Source: Armatimonadota bacterium (GTDB lineage: Bacteria; Armatimonadota; Zipacnadia; Zipacnadales; FEN-943). Taken from it: DNA of 41,756 bases. This document shows, in pieces, positions 28,085-34,125 of the stretch. Position 1 is the stretch's first letter. Each line of letters starts with the position of its first letter. A model generated the notes under the pieces. That model made no database searches. It worked only from the letters and a program-made list of their open reading frames with translations, and was not told the DNA's origin. Location of the stretch: assembly GCA_026419655.1 (NCBI GenBank), contig JANZZA010000042.1, forward strand, positions 1 through 41,756, in the 5' to 3' direction. The translations under genes and the position numbers were made by a program.

Positions 28085-28618
28085 GTGGCAACCGAGAAGG
28101 GCTCCCCGGACTTTCGCAACGTCGTTGACGAAAACTATGCACGCGTCTATAACCTGTTGCTGCGCCTGGTTGGAGACCGGGACGCTGCTGCGGACCTTAC
28201 GCAGGACACCTTCGTCAGGGCCTGCCAGGCCTGGTCTCTATTTCGCGGCGACTGCCAGGTTTACACTTGGCTGTTCCGGATAGCAGTGAACCTTGCTCGA
28301 AACTATTTGGACCGGCAGTGCCGGGAGAGGCGCCGGGAGCCCCGCGGCCCCGAGGAGGAAGCCGATGTTCCCGACTTGGCCTCGGCTCCTGACGGAGAGG
28401 TGGAAACGAGGGAATTGGGAAGCTTGCTGGTCCGGGAATTGGCTGCGTTGCGGCCGGATCAAAGGGAGATCATAGTCCTGCGCGATGTCCAGGGCCTTTC
28501 CTATGAAGAAATAGGAGAGGTTCTTGGATGCTCCGTAGCAGCGGTGAAGAGCAAACTTTTTCGTGCTCGGTCTGTCTTACGTAAACGGCTGAGCGATTAC
28601 ATGGGCTGGGAGGCGTGA
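28085..28618 (+). CDS. ECF-type RNA polymerase sigma-70 family factor
   Basis: Region 2 reads DAAADLTQDTFVRACQAW...YTWLFRIAVNLARNYL. Region 4 reads LRPDQREIIVLRDVQGLSYEEIGEVLGCSVAAVKSKLFRAR. The GTG at 28085 has an AGGA SD 8 nt upstream, with an alternative GTG at 28022. The track start at 27896 overlaps tamB. Confidence 0.85.
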   Translation: MATEKGSPDFRNVVDENYARVYNLLLRLVGDRDAAADLTQDTFVRACQAWSLFRGDCQVYTWLFRIAVNLARNYLDRQCRERRREPRGPEEEADVPDLASAPDGEVETRELGSLLVRELAALRPDQREIIVLRDVQGLSYEEIGEVLGCSVAAVKSKLFRARSVLRKRLSDYMGWEA

Positions 28619-28643
28619 CTTGATGGGCGGAGGAATGCCTATC

Positions 28644-30785
28644 ATGGGCAAAGTGGTGAGAAGCTCTGCGCTGGCTCTCCTGGGGGCTTGGCTGTTCCTA
28701 TGTGTCTTGGTGCCACGAGCCTATGCCGGACTTGGCGCGTGGAGTATTGCCGTGGCGGTGGTTGCCCAGCCAGCGGCTGGAGCCGAGACGCCCGGTGCAC
28801 CAGTTGAGGCCGGTGGTCAGCCTGCAGAAGCACCGACATCGCCTGCTGAGACGTCGGCGGAACAAGAGGGCAGCGGAGGGACGCCGGGGGAGGGCAGTGT
28901 ACCGCAGCAACAGGCAGAGGAAGCCCCCAGTCCAGCCAGTGGGCCAGCGGCGGTGGAGGAACAGGCGCCCGCTTCACCGGGAGCGGAGATGGCAGCGCCC
29001 CTGGTTGCCAGCGTTCGCGTAAGCGGCAACAAGTCAATTGCGGCGGAGGCTATACTGGATGAGGTAAAAGGGGTCCTAGCCCCTGGAATGCCCTTTACGG
29101 GAGACCGAGTTCGACGAGCCGAAGCTCTGGTCCGCCGCATGGGCTATTTCGACAGAGTGCGAATTAGCTACACTCTCGGCGAGCAGGGTGCGGACGTTGT
29201 AATCAACGTTGTGGAACGTCAGCGGATCGAGCGCATCACCTTTGTGGGCAACACGGTCCTGAGTAGTGAAGAGTTGATGTCGGCCATTCTCACGCGTGTT
29301 GGCCATCTGGTTGACCCTGATGCTATAGCTAAGGACATGCAGCGGATCCAGGCTGCCTATAGCGCCAAAGGGTACATGTGCGAGTTGGCGCCAGCGGATG
29401 TAGACCCTTACGGCGTCCTCACTTTCGTGATAATCGAGAGGCGGGTGGAAGGCTACGAGATCGAAGGTCTCAAGAGGACAAAGCGGTGGGTAGTGGAGAA
29501 ACAACTGCGGGTGCGGCCAGGTGAACTATATAGCGACCAGCTAGTCCGTGAACAAGTGCTTCGCTTGCGAAATCTCGGCCTCTTTGAAGAGGTGCGGTTT
29601 GAACCTCGCGTGGGTAAGGTCAATCCGGAAAACGTGATTCTCGTCTTTCAGTGCAAAGAAGCCAGGACGGGGCAGGTGGCCTTCCAGGTTGGATACAGTA
29701 GCCTGGACGAGTTCGTGCTGGTCCTGGCGGTGGCGGAGAACAATTTCCGCGGCCGTGCAGAGCGAATAAGCTTAGGGGTCGAGATGTTTGGTCGCAAGAG
29801 CTACGAGTTTCGTTTTCTTGAGCCTTATTTCCGTAAGGGCGATACGAGCATAGAACTTGCGCTCTTTGACACGGAGCGGAATCGTCGGTTTGCGGGCGGT
29901 ACTCTGGTGAGCCTGCCGAGCGATCAATTCGAAGAGCGGCGTAGAGGTGGCTATATACGCGCATCCCGTCCCTTTGGCGAAAAGCGGACGGTTTCGGTCA
30001 CGTTCCGCAGCGAGGAAGTGTCCAGCGCCTTTTTCCAGGGGACGCGGATTTTGGTGCCACCTGTGCTCGTTTCGAGCGCTAGTCCCAGTCAGCAGGGGGG
30101 GGATTGGCGTGAGCGGCCGCCCACCTACGGCGGCCCTGGCCCGGGCGGCGAGGATTACCCAGGGCCGGGCGACCGTCCGGGGCCCATTGTGGTAGCGGCC
30201 CCACTGCATCCCGGCGGGCGCCTTGCAAGCTTGGTCTTTAGCTTGTCCGAGGATTTCCGGGACAACGCGGCCAATCCCACCCGCGGGTCCTTCAGGCGAC
30301 TGTCGCTCGAAACTGCCGGCTCTTTTTTGGGGGGCGGAGAGAACTTTCGCAAAGTCACTGCCGAGTATCGCTATTTTAGACCAGTCGGCAAGTCCGTTCT
30401 GGCCGGGCGGCTCATGTTAGGTACGAGTTTTGGCAACGTTCCTCTGTTTGAGACATTCTTCGTTGGTGGGGCAACGACGCTGCGAGGCTATGAGGAGGAG
30501 CGCTGGCGCGGAGAGAAATTCGTGCTAATCAACCTTGAGTACCGGCGCCCGATCACCAAAAACCTGACGGCCGTAGTTTTTGCAGACGCAGGGGACGCCT
30601 TCGGCGGCGAGTATCCAACCCTCGTGCCGGGCTTCAGCATTTCTGCTGAAGACCAGAGCCTCAAGTGGCATGTCGGTGCAGGAGTTGGCATTCGAGTGGT
30701 TACGGAGATCGGCCCCTTGGGCTTCGACGTCGGCTTTGGCTCCGAAGGGAGCAGAGCGCATTTGAATTTCGGGCATACTTTCTAA
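28644..30785 (+). CDS. bamA: Outer membrane protein assembly factor BamA (Omp85 family)
   Basis: The signal peptide is MGKVVRSSALALLGAWLFLCVLVPRAYA, with a GGAGGAA SD 8 nt upstream. An ~85-aa P/A/E-rich linker follows, then three POTRA-like units (VRVSGNK.., ITFVGNT.., YEIEGLK..). The C-terminal 16-strand-type barrel carries GGATTLRGY and ends ...HLNFGHTF, with an aromatic last residue. Confidence 0.9.
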   Translation: MGKVVRSSALALLGAWLFLCVLVPRAYAGLGAWSIAVAVVAQPAAGAETPGAPVEAGGQPAEAPTSPAETSAEQEGSGGTPGEGSVPQQQAEEAPSPASGPAAVEEQAPASPGAEMAAPLVASVRVSGNKSIAAEAILDEVKGVLAPGMPFTGDRVRRAEALVRRMGYFDRVRISYTLGEQGADVVINVVERQRIERITFVGNTVLSSEELMSAILTRVGHLVDPDAIAKDMQRIQAAYSAKGYMCELAPADVDPYGVLTFVIIERRVEGYEIEGLKRTKRWVVEKQLRVRPGELYSDQLVREQVLRLRNLGLFEEVRFEPRVGKVNPENVILVFQCKEARTGQVAFQVGYSSLDEFVLVLAVAENNFRGRAERISLGVEMFGRKSYEFRFLEPYFRKGDTSIELALFDTERNRRFAGGTLVSLPSDQFEERRRGGYIRASRPFGEKRTVSVTFRSEEVSSAFFQGTRILVPPVLVSSASPSQQGGDWRERPPTYGGPGPGGEDYPGPGDRPGPIVVAAPLHPGGRLASLVFSLSEDFRDNAANPTRGSFRRLSLETAGSFLGGGENFRKVTAEYRYFRPVGKSVLAGRLMLGTSFGNVPLFETFFVGGATTLRGYEEERWRGEKFVLINLEYRRPITKNLTAVVFADAGDAFGGEYPTLVPGFSISAEDQSLKWHVGAGVGIRVVTEIGPLGFDVGFGSEGSRAHLNFGHTF

Positions 30786-30870
30786 TTCGCAGCGCCGATG
30801 GAGTGTTTTGTAACGTGCATGATATCGGAGTAGGGTTCATATTTGTAGGCTGAGGAGAGGAGCAGAGTGC

Positions 30871-30898
30871 GCAACTCATTCGGTCGAAGACTGTCTAA
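30871..30898 (+). promoter_or_regulatory. Candidate ECF (sigmaE-like) promoter upstream of skp: GCAACTC-N16-TCTAA
   Basis: It has an AAC-containing -35 element (30871-30877), a 16-nt spacer and TCTAA (30894-30898), about 38 nt upstream of the skp ATG. It matches the generic ECF pattern (GGAACTT-N16-TCTGA/TCAAA) at 5/7 and 4/5 positions. This is a motif match only. Confidence 0.2.
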
Positions 30899-30935
30899 CT
30901 CCACGAGCTTGCGGGCTCTTAAGGGGAACCTTGAC

Positions 30936-31679
30936 ATGATGAGCCGCTGTATGCTCTGGTCAGGCGTGACGCTCGCACTGGCGGTGCTATCCTCGGGGAG
31001 CCACTGCGCTTATGCACAACAGGCTACTGCGGTCAAAATAGGCTCTGTCAACGCAGACCGGCTGTGGGAGGAGTTCCCTGCTGCGGCAGAAAAGCAAAAA
31101 GAGCTTGACGATATGCGTCGTGCGGCCACGGAGCTACTTCAAACCCTGAACCAGTACACTTTTCTTCCCGCTGAGACCTTCGCAGAGGTCGTGCGCATCC
31201 TGCGATTGCCCAAGCCCTTGCCCAAGGATATGCAGGAGCGGCTGGACGCCCTGTTGAAGCTTTCTGCGGAAAAGGACCTGGAGTTTCGCAACCTCCGTGC
31301 CAAGACGAACAGGACACCCGAGGAAGAGGACAAATTCAGAACACTCCAGGACCTGTTGGAAGCGCGGCAGCGGGACATGGAGGCGCTGGAGCAGCAGCTC
31401 GTTGAGGAGCTTCTCACGAAGCAGAGGGAGTACAGGGCGCAGGTCGTCGGTCAGGTACGGGAAGCCATCGGGGCAGTCGCGCGGGCGAAGGGCTACGACC
31501 TGGTATTAGACTCCTTTGTAGTGCTCTATGGTGGTGACGACCTTACCGACGCAGTGCTGGCGGTGCTCAGCAAGAGTGGACCCGGTGCACCTGCTGCGCC
31601 TGCGGCCCCAGCGCCACCGACCGCTCCTGCGCCTGGGGCCCCTCAGGGAGAAGGCGGCGGTGCTCAGGGCGGTCAGTAG
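30936..31679 (+). CDS. skp: Periplasmic chaperone Skp/OmpH
   Basis: The signal peptide is MMSRCMLWSGVTLALAVLSSGSHCAYA, with an AAGGGGAA SD upstream. It has KIGSVN..RL near the N-terminus and a long charged coiled-coil. The OmpH C-terminal signature reads AVARAKGYDLVLDSFVVLYGGDDLTDAVLAVL. A P/A/G-rich tail follows. Confidence 0.75.
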   Translation: MMSRCMLWSGVTLALAVLSSGSHCAYAQQATAVKIGSVNADRLWEEFPAAAEKQKELDDMRRAATELLQTLNQYTFLPAETFAEVVRILRLPKPLPKDMQERLDALLKLSAEKDLEFRNLRAKTNRTPEEEDKFRTLQDLLEARQRDMEALEQQLVEELLTKQREYRAQVVGQVREAIGAVARAKGYDLVLDSFVVLYGGDDLTDAVLAVLSKSGPGAPAAPAAPAPPTAPAPGAPQGEGGGAQGGQ

Positions 31680-32769
31680 GTTGCTGGCAGGGCTGGGGCT
31701 GGCTTTCGCGTGCGGCTGCGTAAGGCTCCCCCAGGAAGATGCACTTCCGCCATTGCCACCTCCGCCTCGGGACGGCTACGTAGTGATAGGGCCACTCTTG
31801 CCGCTTCATCCCTTGTGGCCCGAAGCCCGTCGCCTACACGAGAAGGCTTTGGTGCTTTTGGAGAGACCCGACCAGCCCATCACAAGTGGTTACTCGGATC
31901 CGTTGTGGAAGACGCCTCTTACTGAGATTCCTCGGCTGACGCAGCCTGTTCGCCCGGGCCCGTTGGAACTGACACCGGCGGTGCCGCGCCCTGGCGAAAT
32001 CCCTACCATGCCCGGGTATCAGGATCGCATTGATGAGGCGCTGCGGTGGCGGCAGGAGATGATTGAGGCGAAGTACGAGAAGCGCTTGCGAGAGCACCGA
32101 GCCGCCGAGGAAACATCCCTGGCAAAGCTGGAGATAGAACTCTGGCAAAGGGTCCAAGTGGCGCTCAATAACCTCAGGATCCGAGAGGCTATGGGCGGGC
32201 CCGAAGGTAGCCGCGCCCGCGAACAACGGGAAGCCATAGAGTCTCGCGTGGAGCGGCAGATGCAAGCGGCGAGGGAAGAGGCAGAACAACGTTTGGCGTT
32301 GCTGGCCGAGGAGCTCGAGCAAGCAAAGGCCAAGGAGATGGCTGCAGCCGAGGATGAGTTGAGAGCCGAGAGCCAATCTGAGGTTCCAGAGCAAATGGCT
32401 GCCGGGGCTGACGCTCTTGCCGAACTGGAACGGGCCTTGGAGCTTCAATGGTGGCTGCCGCCGGAGCCGAAGGCGAGTTTGCCTCCCGAGTTAACCAGGA
32501 TTGCTGGTGAACTCGCTCACCGAGAGAAGCGAGTTAGGCAGGAGCAACAAGCCAAGCTGGTGGCCGTGCGGCGGGCACAAGCAAAGCGCCTGAGGGACCA
32601 GGCAGATGAACTGCAGCGGCTCATCCGGGAGGACGTCGAGGCTGCGGTGCGCGCCCTAGGCTTGTCGGACGGAGTTGTGCTGAGGGTACTTCCCCTTGAT
32701 TCGCCCGCAGGCAGGAACATGACAGGTGAGTATGCGAGGAAGCTCCGGGCCTTATGGCCGCAACCTTGA
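31660..32769 (+). CDS. Probable lipoprotein with long coiled-coil; divergent second Skp/OmpH-like protein
   Basis: A GTG at 31660 gives MLRAVSRLLAGLGLAFAC, a lipobox-compatible signal. It has a poly-Pro segment, ~200 aa of E/R/A/Q-rich coiled-coil and a C-terminal block (VEAAVRALGLSDGVVLRVLPLDSPAGRNMTGEYARKL). That block mirrors the Skp C-terminal signature of the preceding gene. The gene overlaps the skp 3' end by 20 nt. The start is uncertain, with an alternative TTG at 31681. Confidence 0.5.
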   Translation: MLRAVSRLLAGLGLAFACGCVRLPQEDALPPLPPPPRDGYVVIGPLLPLHPLWPEARRLHEKALVLLERPDQPITSGYSDPLWKTPLTEIPRLTQPVRPGPLELTPAVPRPGEIPTMPGYQDRIDEALRWRQEMIEAKYEKRLREHRAAEETSLAKLEIELWQRVQVALNNLRIREAMGGPEGSRAREQREAIESRVERQMQAAREEAEQRLALLAEELEQAKAKEMAAAEDELRAESQSEVPEQMAAGADALAELERALELQWWLPPEPKASLPPELTRIAGELAHREKRVRQEQQAKLVAVRRAQAKRLRDQADELQRLIREDVEAAVRALGLSDGVVLRVLPLDSPAGRNMTGEYARKLRALWPQP

Positions 32770-32782
32770 AGGAGGTCGCCCG

Positions 32783-33835
32783 ATGCCTGCCGAGTTCCGC
32801 CTGGCGGAAATAGCCCGTCTCGTTGACGGACAACTTGTAGGTGACGCGGATATAACAATTACGGGAGTCGGCACTATCGAGGATTCCGATGAAGGCGACC
32901 TCGTCCTGATCGAGGACCCGGACCTACTCGAGCGGGGAGAGGCTTGCCGGGCCGCTGCCATTCTCGCCCCTCCCTCCGCCCGGAGTACGCGTAAGCCGCT
33001 TATAGTGACTGAAGATCCGCGTCTTGCCTTCAGCCGGATTCTCGAGCTGTTCGCGCCAGAGCCGTCGGTGCCAGTAGGAGTGCATCCCACCGCCATCATC
33101 GGCAAAGGCGTGCACTTGGGGCGCGACGTCGCCATCGGGCCGTACGTAGTCATCGAAGAGGGGGTTCGCATAGGGGACCGCGTCGTTATCTATCCCTTTG
33201 TTTTTATCGGCCGGGAAGGGGATGTGGGCGACGGGACAATAATCTACCCGCATGTCTTCATTGGCGAGCGGGTCAGTATCGGTGAGCGGTGCATCATTCA
33301 CGCCGGCGCGGCCATTGGCGCGGACGGCTTTGGCTTCCTGCAGACGCCTCATGGTCATAAGAAAATCCCGCAAATCGGCACGGTTGTCGTGGAAGACGAG
33401 GTGGAAATAGGCGCCAATACTACCATTGATAGGGCTACGGTCTCGACAACCCGCATCGGTGCAGGCACGAAGATTGACGACCAGGTCCACATAGCTCACA
33501 ACTGCGTCATCGGGCGCAACTGCATCCTTTGCGGACAGGTAGGCATCGCTGGCAGCAGCATCATCGGCGACAACTGTGTACTTGGCGGGAAGGCCGCCGT
33601 GTCCGACCACGTGCGTATAGGCGACAACGTTACCATCGCGGGACGCGCTGCTGTTTTCGGCGATATCTCGCAGCCGGGCGTCTATTCTGGCTATCCGGCC
33701 CGGCCCCATCATCAGCAGCTTCGCCTGTTGGCAATGACGCAAAGGCTGCCTCAGCTACAAAAGACCGTGGAAGAGCTGCGGGCCGAGGTCGAGGAGCTTC
33801 GGGGCCGGCTGCAGCAGCTCCAGGGAAACAGGTAA
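32783..33835 (+). CDS. lpxD: UDP-3-O-(3-hydroxyacyl)glucosamine N-acyltransferase
   Basis: The N-terminal uridine-binding domain reads LAEIA..V.G.L.GD....ITGV....... . A long left-handed beta-helix of hexapeptide repeats follows (IHPTAIIG.GV.LG..V.IGPYVVI...), then a C-terminal helical extension. A GGAGG SD lies 7 nt before the ATG at 32783. Confidence 0.92.
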   Translation: MPAEFRLAEIARLVDGQLVGDADITITGVGTIEDSDEGDLVLIEDPDLLERGEACRAAAILAPPSARSTRKPLIVTEDPRLAFSRILELFAPEPSVPVGVHPTAIIGKGVHLGRDVAIGPYVVIEEGVRIGDRVVIYPFVFIGREGDVGDGTIIYPHVFIGERVSIGERCIIHAGAAIGADGFGFLQTPHGHKKIPQIGTVVVEDEVEIGANTTIDRATVSTTRIGAGTKIDDQVHIAHNCVIGRNCILCGQVGIAGSSIIGDNCVLGGKAAVSDHVRIGDNVTIAGRAAVFGDISQPGVYSGYPARPHHQQLRLLAMTQRLPQLQKTVEELRAEVEELRGRLQQLQGNR

Positions 33836-34007
33836 GCGTGAGCAGCCCTTGGCGGCGGGGGTAGTCGGTTTTGTAAGGAGACTGTTGTAAAAGTCGTTTT
33901 TGCGGCTGCCAGGCTCTTTCCCGTCTCCAACAGGGCCCTGAGAAAACCGAAGAGTCTTCGTCGCGACGGGGGTATTGACAAACAGTACTATTGCCGCTGA
34001 AACTTTG

Positions 34008-34038
34008 TCCGGCCTCTCGCGGAGAGGCCGGATTTTTT
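34008..34038 (+). terminator. Rho-independent terminator closing the tamB-...-lpxD block
   Basis: A perfect 11-bp stem (TCCGGCCTCTC / GAGAGGCCGGA) with a GCG loop is followed immediately by TTTTTT. Confidence 0.8.
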
Positions 34039-34125
34039 CGTTTGCGCCTCGCCTACGAGAGCTGTTGTTGGCACGTGATCGTTGGCACCAGCGGCAGCTT
34101 GCCGAGGTGGGGCGTGCGCCCGACC

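Noticed and set aside
30095-30102. A G8 homopolymer lies inside bamA (codons QQGGDW). A G7 run at 34263-34269 lies in the orphan protein gene.
   Set aside because: These could in principle be slipped-strand phase-variation sites. However, short G/C runs are common in GC-rich genomes, and bamA is normally essential. A single sequence gives no evidence of length polymorphism.
32924-33742. A 272-aa minus-strand ORF lies antisense to lpxD. A 205-aa plus-strand ORF (35958-36575) lies antisense to the FecR gene, and a 202-aa ORF (37762-38370) lies antisense to the cyclase.
   Set aside because: These are antisense shadows of well-supported genes, with no start context and no recognisable motifs.
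33974-34002. A perfect -35 hexamer TTGACA (33974-33979) lies in the lpxD downstream spacer.
   Set aside because: No acceptable -10 exists at 16-18 nt; the best is TGAAAC, and TACTAT is only 5 nt away. Any transcript would run straight into the terminator 10-30 nt later.
34067-34102. GTTGGCAC is repeated at 34067 and 34081, resembling a sigma54 -24 element (TGGCAC), with TTGC further downstream.
   Set aside because: The GG-to-GC spacing is 15 or 17 nt instead of the required 12, so neither copy forms a valid -24/-12 promoter. An 8-mer repeat is not significant by itself.
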